64,000 nt of DNA from Antedon mediterranea (taxonomy: Eukaryota > Animalia > Echinodermata), in NCBI RefSeq assembly GCF_964355755.1, contig NC_092673.1, positions 33,477,648 to 33,541,647 on the forward strand, written 5' to 3'. A program made the position numbers and the translations under genes. The notes beneath the pieces were generated by a model. The model saw only the letters and a program-made list of their open reading frames with translations, was not told the DNA's origin and searched no databases. Shown here one piece after another: positions 24,906 to 37,800 of this stretch (position 1 is the first letter of the stretch; each line of letters starts with the position of its first letter).

Positions 24906-26126
24906 CTGTCGTGGTAAAGATAAAGAAGATGATATCGATACAGTACCGATTTACCGAAAACGCCTTTTAAAGAAATATCTATTTCTATCCCGATTTCTAT
25001 ATTTGGTTAAATGCTTAAAAAATACAATTCATGATTATTTGTTTATTAATAACAATTTATATTATTGTTGTGGACAGATCGTTGAGTTAAATAAAAACAA
25101 TAGAATGGTTTCAATTGGCAAACTGGCAATCTATGACTTTCGGTTTGTTAGTCAGAATACAGATACTATAATGCTCCGTTTTAAAATACATTGTGCCCTA
25201 AAAACGTTCATACTGCAAATCTAGAAATTGGGGAAGGGGATACAATAGTTAATGGCGGCGCACACTCACTGGTGATTTATAGTAATGAAATACGATTGGT
25301 TATTGGTTAGGTGCCCATAAAAACAGAAAATCTGCCTTTGGTCGGCATAGAAATTTCATAAGGTACAGGTCAGTAAAAAAGATGCACATTGAGTACATAC
25401 ATACATTGAGTTGAGCTATAGCTTGGTGGTTAACGTATTTTCCTTCCAATACCAAGGTCGATCCAGGGTTTAATCATGACCTAGTGCCAGGGTTGTACCT
25501 CACACCTCTTCCAACTCCACTCCCTAAACCTCAAATGAGACTTATAGTTTATAAGCATGCCAAAAATAGTTTATCCATCCTGTAATTGATGATTTACATT
25601 GAACTCAACAACAACACTTTATTTTTTAAATATTTTATTTCACATCAATAATGTCCCAAAATTTAAAAAAGAATCATATTGTGGTCTAAGAAGCAAGTAT
25701 AAAATGATCTCAAATATTATTTCCATGTTCGATGTCTTTTCTTTTTAAGTATTTAAAAGAATCAGTGATGGTAGTATGGACGTTATACTGTATTCTTAAA
25801 TACTATTACCCTTTTTATGTATATTTCTTATTATCCATCTTAGCCTCAGCAAAGATTTCTGAATTGGATCAATGCAATTTTCAAACATGAAAACATATAT
25901 GCCGCAAGATCCTGTACATCGAGCTGTTGAAAGTGGTGAGTTGTTCTTTAAATAATTCCTGGCATTTGACAAGACTGACATCCAGTGACTGTATTCACCA
26001 TTCACACTTAGGCTAAGGAAAATAAATTACCCTTATAATCTAAAATATCTCCTATCTAAATGAATGCAATATAGAAGAAGAAATCCTTAAATATTTATTG
26101 AATTAAGTGAAATACTTTAAGAGAAA

Positions 26127-27135
26127 TATCTCACTTAAGTGTTATTGGCGAATACGACACAACAGTACTCTGAAGGATTTATCTCACTTAAGTGTTATTG
26201 GTGAATACGACACAACAGTACTCTGTAGGATTTATCTCACTTAAGTGTTATTGGTGAATACGACACAACAGTACTCTGTAGGATTTATCTCACTTAAGTG
26301 TTATTGGCGAATACGACACAACAGTACTCTGTAGGATTTATCTCACTTAAGTGTTATTGGTGAATACGACACAACAGTACTCTGTAGGATTTATCTCACT
26401 TAAGTGTTATTGGTGAATACGGCACAACAGTACTCTGTAGGATTTATCTCACTTAAGTGTTATTGGTGAATACGACACAACAGTACTCTGTAGGATTTAT
26501 CTCACTTAAGTGTTATTGGTGAATACGACACAACAGTACTCTGTAGGATTTATCTCACTTAAGTGTTATTGGTGAATACGACACAACAGTACTCTGTAGG
26601 ATTTATCTCACTTAAGTGTTATTGGCGAATACGACACAACAGTACTCTGTAGGATTTATCTCACTTAAGTGTTATTGGTGAATGCGACACAACAGTACTC
26701 TGTAGGATTTATCTCACTTAAGTGTTATTGGTGAATGCGACACAACAGTACTCTGTAGGATTTATCTCACTTAAGTGTTATTGGTGAATGCGACACAACA
26801 GTACTCTGTAGGATTTATCTCACTTAAGTGTTATTGGTGAATGCGACACAACAGTACTCTGTAGGATTTATCTCACTTAAGTGTTATTGGTGAATGCGAC
26901 ACAACAGTACTCTGTAGGATTTATCTCACTTAAGTGTTATTGGTGAATACGACACAACAGTACTCTGTAGGATTTATCTCACTTAAGTGTTATTGGTGAA
27001 TACGACACAACAGTACTCTGTAGGATTTATCTCACTTAAGTGTTATTGGTGAATACGACACAACAGTACTCTGTAGGATTTATCTCACTTAAGTGTTATT
27101 GGTGAATACGACACAACAGTACTCTGTAGGATTTA
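26127..27135. repeat. 53-bp minisatellite, 19 copies
   Basis: Unit TATCTCACTTAAGTGTTATTGGTGAATACGACACAACAGTACTCTGTAGGATT, contiguous with no spacers. Confidence 0.97.
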
Positions 27136-28268
27136 TAGGCAAAACATAATCACCATACGTTACTAATTATGATACATTTTTTGTGAAATACGTTGAAATA
27201 CAAATTAAGAATGTATATTTTTCGGATTATTTTTACAATAAAAACCAATTTCTACCAATGTTTGTGAGAACATCTCGTATTACCTAAGTTACAAGCTATA
27301 AAAACATAACGTTGATTCTGTTTGAATCGGAGCCATCTTTTAGTTCAATATATGACTCTTTTGGAATACATCAACACCGCCCTCTGGAGAAAGAAGAATT
27401 CCTTCCACTTATTCTCTACATTTTGACAACATTTTCTCAGCTCTTTATAAGATATTACCTTCAGCACTGATCATTGGCATTTCCAGGATTTTGTAATAGG
27501 CAAAGTACATAACATTACCAAATACCCTATCTTTTGCACTGTAATTTTGAATTTAGAGGGGTGACCCTATGAACTTATGCATATATATACCTATGCCTAT
27601 ATTTTCTAGTAAATGTTAACCTTTTTAATGTAAAATGATATGGTTTCAGTCTTTTTGTAACAATGATCGTCTGTTTTTGGACAATAGTACCTGAATTATA
27701 ATTATAACTTGCTTAATGTATCTGCACCAAATGAACTATCTATCAATTCAATCTACTTTTGCAATTGGCCTACACGTTATCTTAACAATAAATACTTTTT
27801 ACATATCCACCAATTTGAAAACTTATGTTTTTGTTTAAATAGGTTACATGAACAGATGAATTGATCATTAAATATATTTACATTTTAAAATCTAATTCAA
27901 TAAATAAGAGAACAAATTTGTTTACATGATTATGGGTAAAACCAGTTATATTTAAGAAAAGTGGCAGCACATCCCTTTGGAGAAAATGGAATTACCCACC
28001 ACTCTTTTCTCTTTAATTTCAATACTAAATATGTAGTGCTTTTTTTACCCTGGTTCCAACATAGTGTACATATGACTTGATGTGGGGTTCCTCCCTACCC
28101 CCTACACATGATTTAGTTTTTCCCTGATGTACCTTGGCTTGGTATTTCCCTGATTCGAGGTTCCGCCACTAAGCATGATTTGATCTTTCCCAATGTGCCA
28201 AATATTAACAGTCTCTTGTTGTATAATTGCACAAAACCTATTAAATGACTGTAACAAAATGTTGATAA

Positions 28269-31200
28269 CTACACAAGACCATCGTAAAGACAGAGTGCTT
28301 TGATGATGCTTGGGTCCAGTTTACACCCGTCTTTGAACTCTTCTTTTGACAGTTTGTGTGTCAGGTTCTGAAAGATAGAATGTGTAGTGTCATAAATAAA
28401 GCCTTGTTCGCACTGGCAAATGTTCAGTAAAACTAAAGCTCTGTCTAAACTATCAAAAGTTTACAGGTATGTGACATGATGATGTCATATCACTGTCATA
28501 TTTGGGCACATCACTACCATTTGGGTAAATCACACTTTTTTTGTCAAACTAGTTTGATAGTAGAAAGAGCTTTAGTGATTTAGTGCAGTTAAATATTCCA
28601 GTTGTTTAAACTCGAATTATCAATTTATCCGCTCTCCACCTCGACAGAGTTTTGAAAGTTTTTAGGTCTAAGGAAACATTGACATGACCTAGTTTGTTCC
28701 TAGGTCAAAAGGTCATTACCAGTTTGGTCAGTTTAACCAACGTATATGCTCTTTGCATTGTACCTTCAAAACATACCTTGTCCATTTTTTTGAAGATTTT
28801 AGAAACCATTTTTTCTGGTGTGCTCTCATCCTCTGGGTAAGTTACCATGGTACCAACCATTTTATAAATTGCATCTACAACATCAGTCATTTCTTCCTCA
28901 GTAATATAACCATCTTTATCGAGATCATACAGTTTAAATGCCCCTATTTGAAAAGTTAAATAAAAGTTATTGGTAGTCAAGTAAATATAGGAACACAGTA
29001 AATTACAGAGTTAAAGTTTAGTCATGTAGTAAAATATCCATATTTGGTATTGTTAAATGTAAATGGGGGAATAACCTGTGACTTGCAGCCTACTGGGCTG
29101 AATTGTGCACAGGTGTGGATGACACATACCACAACTTTCTACTCCCTATAAAAGTCCCTTCGTGTCGAGTGCTTCCACCAAAGGGCGCTCGTTCGTCTGT
29201 CCACAACAACAGGGGCTGAATTATAATCTATTATGTACAACAATTCCGGGCATCCAAAAATCGTAATAAAGTATCATAACTCATATGCATTTCTTATTAC
29301 AAAATTAGATAAAAATAATGAACAGAATTAATTGGGTTCTGGTTTCCAAAAATTAGCAAAGAAGGTAGTTACTTTACCTTGGTTTTGTTATTTTATTATA
29401 AAAATTTAAAAAAAAGGTGTTTTAAACTTAAAGTACAGTAAACATAGTGGGGTTTCCCATTCCAGGACCTCCGCAAAAAAAGATTTAAAAGAAAGCTTAC
29501 ATTCTAATTTATCTTCCACGGTTCCTCTTGATGTAACCGATAAAGCTTTAATGAATTCAGTAAATTCAATCAACCCATCCTAAAAAAACAAAACTTTATT
29601 TATTAAAAACACATTCATATTTGTATAGTACAAATATGTTACAACTTTTGAGCAATGGCCATGATTGCATGTACAGTAACAAGTACTAAAAGATTACAAA
29701 CTCTAAAAATGAAAAGACATGAAAAGATAAATAAAAAAATTAGGCATTAAGGAGGCAGATGAAGATATGAATTATTGTATAAGCCCATCCCTTGATATGG
29801 GCTTATTCCTGAAATCAATCACAATAGTGTTGATCAGGAAACACCTGCATAAATGATGTATCATTGATAATGAGTATACCCCTAATATTGGATCACTTTA
29901 TACCAGCTTTTTACTAGATTACTTTATTTGCAAAAATTGCAAGAGTTTGTTTTTGCAAAACTGTATTCATAATACAACCAATCAGAACTGAGAAATGTTT
30001 CATTCGTACAAATAAATTTGTATGAGCCTTAAAATGATATTCTGTATTCTTAGTTTATGTTTGGGAATGGACCATTAAAAATAGGGAGTTATTTAATCTT
30101 GGTTCCCACTAGGACGTAACGCAAGCACGTAAAATAATCCATCAAATTGCGTACGTTGCGTTTGTGTCCTAATGGGAACCAAGCTTAAAGTTGAGAACAA
30201 TACCTGATTGTCGTCAAATACTTTAAAAACAAAAGTTGCAAATTTGGTAGCATCTCCAAAGGGAAAGAATTGTTGATAGATACTCAGAAACTCATGTTGA
30301 TGTAAACTGCCATCGGGACAGTCCTTCATAAACCCACGGTGCCTGTATAAATAAAATAAGAAAATAATAATAATAATTTAACAGCTACCAGTTTAAATTT
30401 AGCAAGGTCTCACAGTGTATACACTGGTTTTTAAGAGAATTTTACATAAAACCTGCTACTTTCTTATAAAAATTGTAATTTTATCCAGTGGAGTTTAGTT
30501 TAAAGATATATTGTCCCCTGAAAAAATAATTGTTTTAAATTTTTTTTAATTTGCCATGTTAATGTTATTTACCTAAAAAACTGTAATTTAATGCAAAATA
30601 TAGTCAAATTGACTTGAAGTCAATGGGTTTTTGGTTGAATGTAACTGTTTATCTTGTCTTCTTATAAGTTAAATATTATTATTTTATATTTTTTTTTTTC
30701 TACAGAAGTGATTAACTAGATTAAAACTGTGAAATTGCGTAATCAAAGTCTTTTTTTTTAAATCTTCATTTTCAAATTCAAATCATTATTTTGGGGGACA
30801 ATACACCTTAAAAAATTTCATTAAGCACAGGTATGTTTTATATTTTATTATTTTTATTAATTTTTTATTTGCTTTATACTTACCACTGTGAAATTTCTTT
30901 TGAAGAAACTGAAATAGGAATTGGGAAAAGTATTAGAAAAATGTATTTGCTAAACCTAATTTTTGTATACACAATATAAGATATGAGTGTTGGTAATCCA
31001 TATTCTATCTATATAATACTACTGTTATTATTGTTGTTAGCATTGTATACTGTAGTTTGTAAATTAATGTATTGTACAGTAGGAATTTGGAAAAGTATTC
31101 GAAAAACATATTATTTTTTTTACAATATTATTATTAGCCATGTTGATAATCTATATTCTATCTACAGTATACAGTAATACTACTGTTGTTGTTGTTGTTA

Positions 31201-31630
31201 GCATTATCAATTTCTTTACTATTGAGAAATTGCATATTTTGTAAATTGTTGTACTGTATTGTATATCCGAGGATCAACTGGATTATTCTGCATTGAATAA
31301 CTAACCTACTACTGTACTTGAGATGGTTTAACCGACATATGGAGATAATTCGTTTTGCCTAACCCTGATTTCCTGTGGCAAAGATAATGCTTAAAAGCAC
31401 TGTATACACTATCATAGTTGAACAAAACAATTGTGGTGTGCCCAAATACGGTAGTGATATGCCCAAATATGGTAGTGATATGACATCATCATGTCCATAT
31501 ATGGGCACATCACATTTTTGTTCACATAAATTTTGATAGTGTAGACAGAGCTTTAAATTGACTTACAATGCGTGTTTGTTTGAAGATCTTTAAGAATAGC
31601 GCTGTCTAGCTTACTGCCACTTTTACCCAT
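28269..31630 (-). CDS. NCS1: Neuronal calcium sensor 1 / frequenin-like protein, 190 aa
   Basis: Exons 31630-31567, 30908-30884, 30342-30204, 29579-29501, 28943-28777, 28367-28269 (64/25/139/79/167/99 = 573 nt), all [12 protein letters not shown] myristoylation motif, [24 protein letters not shown]2 [41 protein letters not shown]-terminal ALCLYDGLV. Confidence 0.93.
28437..28571. mobile_element. MITE family B (Harbinger/Tourist-like)
   Basis: TIR AGCTCTGTCTA(C)ACTATCAAA / TTTGATAGTAGAAAGAGCT with TAA/TTA flanks. Confidence 0.75.
30096..30185. mobile_element. Internally deleted MITE family A
   Basis: TCTTGGTTCCCACTAGG...TGGGAACCAAGCT in NCS1 intron 3. Confidence 0.75.
30504..30807. mobile_element. 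TTAA-flanked (Kolobok-like) MITE
   Basis: TTAA-AGATATATTGTCCCC ... GGGGACAATACACC-TTAA; the same left end recurs at ~17401 and ~37380. Confidence 0.7.
31396..31552. mobile_element. MITE family B
   Basis: AGCACTGTATACACTATCA...TTTGATAGTGTAGACAGAGCT, ending a few bp from the NCS1 first coding-exon donor. Confidence 0.75.
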
Positions 31631-33247
31631 TAGTCTGTTTTTATCTAGAACGTTTAGTACCATCTAAAAAGAAAAAGAACGTCAGTTTGATTTATAGTAG
31701 AAAAATAATAAAATTTAATATTAAATTGTAAATATATTTTCATATATTTTTTAGGACTTTATTTGAGTGAGTCATTCAAGTTAACTTTGCATGTTAAATT
31801 TTATTTTTATTTATGAAATTGTGCATGGCTACTTAGGCTTAATTCAATATAAGGGCAAACAGTTAGCAAGGCTATCAAACATAGCCTTACACTACAGTTT
31901 GTTTGTGTATAAGACTGATATAAGATTAAGTCACGATTGCTTTTTATATCGTTATATGATTAAATCTCAAAATATTCAGTCTCAGAGTACTGTACATGGA
32001 TTAAAATACTTACAAAATATGCCTATTCCGTGAAAAATACAAAATTGGCTGCCTTAGTTACGTGTAAACCACCATTATGACGGCATATACAACAACTAAA
32101 GAAAGCACGCGCATGAAAGCAGTTTTTATTGACCTTTAGCACTAAGAACTAAGTATATTCATTGTTGTCTTAACAAAAGGAAATCAATATGCTTTTGAAT
32201 ACAAAAAGTAAATGGAATCTACCATTATTCAGCAGGGAGAATAAAAATATATACAATTAGTTAATGATTAATTACAAGAGTTAATATAATTTCATAATTT
32301 TCAATAAATTGTGTTTAATATATACTTGTCAGACTTATCAAAAAAAAAATCTGGTCATTACTTTTGAGGGTGAATAAAAGTTATGGAAAAAGAGTGGAAT
32401 TACTGTCGTGGAAAAAAGTGTAATTATATATTTTGACTATAGAGGGCAGCCTACTAATATTTGTTTACATCAGGGACACATTTATAATATACCCTCATCA
32501 TAGATTAACTATGCTTTTTATTAAGTACAGTATTTGTACAGAATTGATTTATTAATTAGAACATTGGCAAGGTTGTTAATTGACAAAAATGCACCAACCT
32601 TTTTCAGATATTAATTGATTAATAATCAAATCAAGTGTGTTTTCTGCAAGACAAAATGTATTTGATTAAAATGATTTTCTTCCCAAATACAGTAGTAATT
32701 AGTAGTATACACCCTTGTTGTCAACTAGAAGAAGACTGTCTCTACAACAATTGAACACTAATATGGCTTCATCCCAAAAAGAGCGGACTTGGTGTCCTCT
32801 AGACATCATGTGACAAAATATGGTAGTGATTTTTGCCACATAAAGTATGATAATAGTGTAGACAGAGCTTTACAAAAAAGAAAGAGAGGTTTCTATGAAA
32901 TGTACAGCAAGCCAGTGCTATTTTAATACAGTACTTATTTTTTTTCCAAGTGGCCAAATTCATGATCAACTGCTGTTATTTATTATTTTCTATCAACATG
33001 GTTAACTATTACTTTGCGTCAAGTATAACTTTCTATAGACACATTGAAAACAAGGCATTTAGTCGCAGGGTTGACCATGCCGACTTACATCTAATTTGAA
33101 TTACATTTCAATTTAAGAGCCTCAGATTTTATAACAACAATCCTTTATTTTACATTAATTTTATTCCTCGTCTTGTATTTTAGTATTACAAGGTGAAATA
33201 TTTATGAAATATATTCGGCTAAGGACCAACAGACATACTGTACCTTT

Positions 33248-33430
33248 TTAATAAAAGTGTTCGTGTTCTCTGATAGTGACCCTTTTAGACAAGAAATATG
33301 CAACAGCGAAAGTTAAGATGACGAAGAAAAATGCAAACCAATAAAATGTATATTCATCGAAGACGTCTGTGAATCCGGGTATAGCTTCATATACGTTCTT
33401 AAATGGGTGTACAGGTGCCTTTATTCCCAT
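33248..33430 (-). CDS. 60-aa single-pass transmembrane microprotein of unknown function
   Basis: MGIKAPVHPFKNVYEAIPGFTDVFDEYTFYWFAFFFVILTFAVAYFLSKRVTIREHEHFY*; acceptor TTTTTCAG at 33449-33450 just upstream of the ATG; candidate noncoding first exon ending at 34509 (AG|GTATGC); ~20-aa hydrophobic helix followed by basic residues. Confidence 0.75.
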   Translation of the reverse strand: MGIKAPVHPFKNVYEAIPGFTDVFDEYTFYWFAFFFVILTFAVAYFLSKRVTIREHEHFY

Positions 33431-33571
33431 CGTGAAACATTCACTGATCTGAAAAATATTCAATTCAATCATTGTATTGTCTTGTCTCATTTATCATTTC
33501 ACCATCATAATAATTGGCATTGTTCTTGGTTTAGATAGGTTAGTAGTACTGTGTATATATGTAGATCAATT

Positions 33572-34211
33572 GGTGCTAGTTCCGTTTCGCATCTGTATTT
33601 TATTTCAACTCCAAATTTGTTAAGGAACTTTATCCTGAATACCACACCTTAGAATTAGACCTCATAAGTACTTTAACGATGGAGAATCACAGAAAAAGTA
33701 ATAAATAAATCCTTTGAATTGTTGAATTTACAAACGTGTTTCTCGCACACGGTTTGTGAATTCCGCATACTCTATGTTCAATATTAACATTTCTATGGAG
33801 TGCCAAAAGAGCAACTATAATAGAGGGCTAAAAGGCAGTGGAATGCGTATATTTATTGCATCTATTGAATTGGGGAAAATTATGTTCAATTTCAATATAT
33901 TTTGTCAATGTCAATACAAGTAAAATGTTACTGTTGATACTGTACATGGTTTGTAAGAATAAAAACTGACAAATTCATCATCATAAGAAAGATGTACTGT
34001 AGGTTAATAATAATATTCCTCAATAATCTAAATAATATCTCAATGACAATAATCTAAATAATATATAGGATTTATTTTTTACGTGATTCTTCTTCATACA
34101 ACAAGTACTTATGATGTCTATATACTAAGGCGTGTTATTCACAAGTTACTTAACAAGTTTGGAGTCGAAAGAAAGTCTCAATAAAAACAGGTGCGAAACG
34201 GAACTAGCACC
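33572..34211. mobile_element. 640-bp TIR element
   Basis: GGTGCTAGTTCCGTTTCGCA(T/C)CTG at both ends in inverted orientation; interior homologous to 62737-63574. Confidence 0.75.
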
Positions 34212-34629
34212 GAGCAATTAGCATTGAACATAAAATAACTAGGCCTAAGATTAATCTGTATTAATAGTAGGGTTATTATTAGTAGTAAACAGTTAATTTG
34301 AAATATCTAGAGATGACACCTACGTAACAAACGTCAATATTTGTGTTCGTTACGCTTCGCTGAACTTGGCACTACTGCATGCTGCTGCTGTAACAACATG
34401 ATGTGCGAGAACAAAAGGAGGAGTGGTGGGAGAGAGGGATGGTTAGGCCTAGGCCTAGTTGTCGTTTATATGTCTTTAAAATCGATTAGAATCGTAATAA
34501 ATGCATACCTATAAAATAATGACTTGTTGTTTTACTATTTAATAACACAATAATATCCAAAATCACTTGGGAAGGCACCCAAAACAGATCGCTTAAATTC
34601 TCAAATTTTCTTCCTATTGTTTTTCCGTC

Positions 34630-34890
34630 CACTACTGTGATCCCTCAACGGTGGACTGGTGAACCAAAATTAGATTAAAGTTTTTATTATTTAATTTTTA
34701 AAAAGAAGTAAAACAAATCTCTTTAGTATAATAAAATTAACATTAACATTAACATTATTTTGTTAAAGTTAAACAAATTAAATAAAATCGAACGTGTAAG
34801 TGCTTGATAATAATACGCTCTAAATATTAAACAATCAAGTACGCAGATGAACCTTGACCTAAACAAAATAAAAGCAGAAGAAGAAAACAA
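34630..34890. promoter_or_regulatory. Putative bidirectional promoter (microprotein/NCS1 unit and NELFE)
   Basis: Head-to-head arrangement: minus-strand donor at 34508 and NELFE ATG at 34897 are under 400 bp apart. Confidence 0.5.
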
Positions 34891-34896
34891 CCGAGA

Positions 34897-37800
34897 ATGA
34901 AGATGTTATTTCCTTCCAGATTGACTGAAGAAGAAGAAATACTTCAACAGAAGTTTGCATTACTTAAGAAAAAGGTAAATTTGTTTTCAAATATTGTCGA
35001 TCTATAGGCTAAGTAAGGTTTATTTAATTAATTGTGCTAGGCCTCAGTCAGACCAGCTAGGCTAGCTAGGCCTAGGTCCAGGCAGGCCGCGCCGCGCCGC
35101 CTAGACTAGAGTAGATAAGGTAGGCGGCTCCTGGTCCGGTTGGCTAGCTGTCTGGCTTCGCCCTACTTACCAGGCCTAGTGTTACTAGGTAAGGAATGAG
35201 GGTAAAGGATATAGCCCTACAGTCGAGCTTTCAAGGATCCAAGTAGCAACTTCCTTTCAGTTTTAGTTGTAGGGCTTTTGAGTCGTTTTGTCCTCACGTT
35301 GTCATCATCATTTGTGGGCTAGCCGACTCCAAAAAAAGTTAATAATGTGAATTTATTTAAATATAATAATATGTAAACTATTTATTTCAGCATTTTCTAC
35401 ATCATACGCTTACACACATTTAGGCCTATTTTACATTTTAAACTAGGTAGGCCAATAATTATAATGGGAACAAACAGTTTTAATAATGATAAAAACGCAA
35501 CCCCAATTTTGTAATAATTATGTGATCTGCCTTGTTTTATCTTGGGTAGAAAAGAGCATTGTATTTATTGAAGCAGGCAAAAGCAAAGCCCCCAGCTGAA
35601 TCTCAAGAGGCCAAACCAAAGGGCAATGCCAAAAGAAGTAAGTTTGATAACCTCCTCAGTAGTCCAGTGATTTAAACGCCCACCCACCCTGTAAAAACAA
35701 GAATTTATAATTTTCGGAGGATGGCAATCTAACAACAAGACACTGTACTTACCTTGCCAAGATAGGAAATTGCAACAATCCTTTTATCTCATTTCTGGGT
35801 ATATTTATATATATATAAATACCAACAGGAAGTGTACTATGTACCTATTTGCTGTGGCGTGTGGTATCTGTAAAGGTTGGGAACTGATCGTGTCGCAGCC
35901 ACAGATAAACTCTTTGATCTCTGGACCTCAGCATCCTGTTGTTGTTATGTTGCCTTGATTGTAGTACATATATAACTTATTTTATCTTTTTTATCAGCTA
36001 TTTCAGAAGTTAGTCAAGAAGAAGCAAAGGAAATGGCAAAGAAAGTTCTAGCGACTCAGGTATACTCTTCTGTTCATATAACCATTGAGGGTGGGGGAAA
36101 ATCTTCCGACACCTCATTCCCCTATTATAATCTAATTGTTTGTAAATCTTTGATTCACCAGTGTGTGCTATTTTAGTAGGTATATTAAAATAAACTGTAG
36201 TGATGATCTGGAATGCTTGCATATTATAATGCCACCCCCTAATTTGAGCTAAATTCAGACTTAATTTCATTGTTAATGCAATCCAAGGATAATCCCCCCC
36301 CCCCCCCACTTATTTTCACCAACCTCCATAATTACTCAATCATGTGTGAAAGTTAAATTGGATTTTAAAACTTTTTTACAACAATTTAATTTAAAAGTAT
36401 TTCTATACTACTGTATTTCCTGGCTAATACATACATTTTTTTTTACAGTCGGCTATGGTTAAGAAAGAAAAAGGTTTTAAACGATCCAAACATTTTGAAA
36501 GGAAGATTAAAGAAACTGAAAAACCGGATAAATCTGGTATGGTGCCGTTTGAACCCTTCAACGGTGCCGGTGAAGAAGACGCACCATCAACTCCAACTAA
36601 AGACAGACGTTCTTCCTACAGGCCATTATATGAAAGGTATTTAATTCCAGTAGGAACCCCTTCTTTGCTCTGTCTACAACACTATCAAACTTTATGTGAC
36701 AAAAAATGTGATGTGCCCATATATGACATGATGATGTCATATCAACCAACGCAAGGATGTAGACACAACGCAAGCAAGTTGACCAATCAAAAGCACTTTT
36801 TCGAATAATCCATCGCTTGTGATTGGTCAAATCATTTACGTTTACATACTAGTGGGAACCCAGCTTTAATGAGGTTCTATTGTAATCGGTTAAAGTCACT
36901 GTAAAATCCATTGTACTTTCATTAATACACAAAGATTGCAAAGATATCGTACATATAAAACATTAGCTGAACTGACAATATCTAATAATATAGAAACAAT
37001 ACTGTCTACAGATTGGATAATTAAGTAAAATTGTAAAGTGCAATTTTTTTTCTTAGCTTACAGTATAAGTTCAACATTGTAAATATCGATATATTTTTTT
37101 AGTTGATTGTAATTTTTAAATGGTTTATTTATATTATATTAATTTTGTGAAAACTTTTCTAAACTAATTTTTTTTTTAATTTGTCATCACTTGTAGTTTT
37201 GTGAGTAGCAGTGACAGACAGCCAAGGAAATATGAAGAAAGTAAGTAAAATGCTTAAATTATTAATAAATTAAAATTCTTCATGTATTTATGCTTATTAT
37301 ATTGGTTTTATTCAGATGGCCAAACCAACGTTAATAAATGGCAAATAAAAGATAATAAGTCAATCAATTTTTTCAACCTAAAGATTTATTGTCCCCTGAA
37401 AAAATAAATCTTAAATTTTTGTTTGTTGAATATGCCATTTAAATGATAATAGTTATCCAATTTTACCAAAAGTTGGATCGGAAAAAAAAATGTAATTACC
37501 TAAAAAAATAATTTGCATGTGGACATACATTTGTCACAATCAACCAATTTTAGTCAATGATGACTTAGTAGGTCATCACAAATTGAAAGGCTTCTTAGGC
37601 TACTACTAATAAATCACTTTTTTTAGGGCCGTCATATTCAGATATGGAACCAAAGCGAGGAAACACAATTTATGTAAAAGGCACAAATATGTTAACAGAA
37701 AAATTGTGTCAAGAAGCTTTTAAAAAATATGGAAACATTCTAAATATGAACTTGGAAAAAGATAAAAAGTAAGTAAAACAATATTTACATTCATAAATCG

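Noticed and set aside
24312-25224. Three overlapping 150-215-aa ORFs
   Set aside because: They are translations of a stop-free 41-bp minisatellite cycling through all three frames.
26127-27135. CRISPR-like regular array (also 15872-16309 and 42729-43277)
   Set aside because: Units are contiguous with no unique spacers, there are no cas genes and the context is eukaryotic.
37197-37660. Absence of the Arg-Asp repeat in NELF-E
   Set aside because: Invertebrate NELF-E, such as that of Drosophila, is known to lack it.
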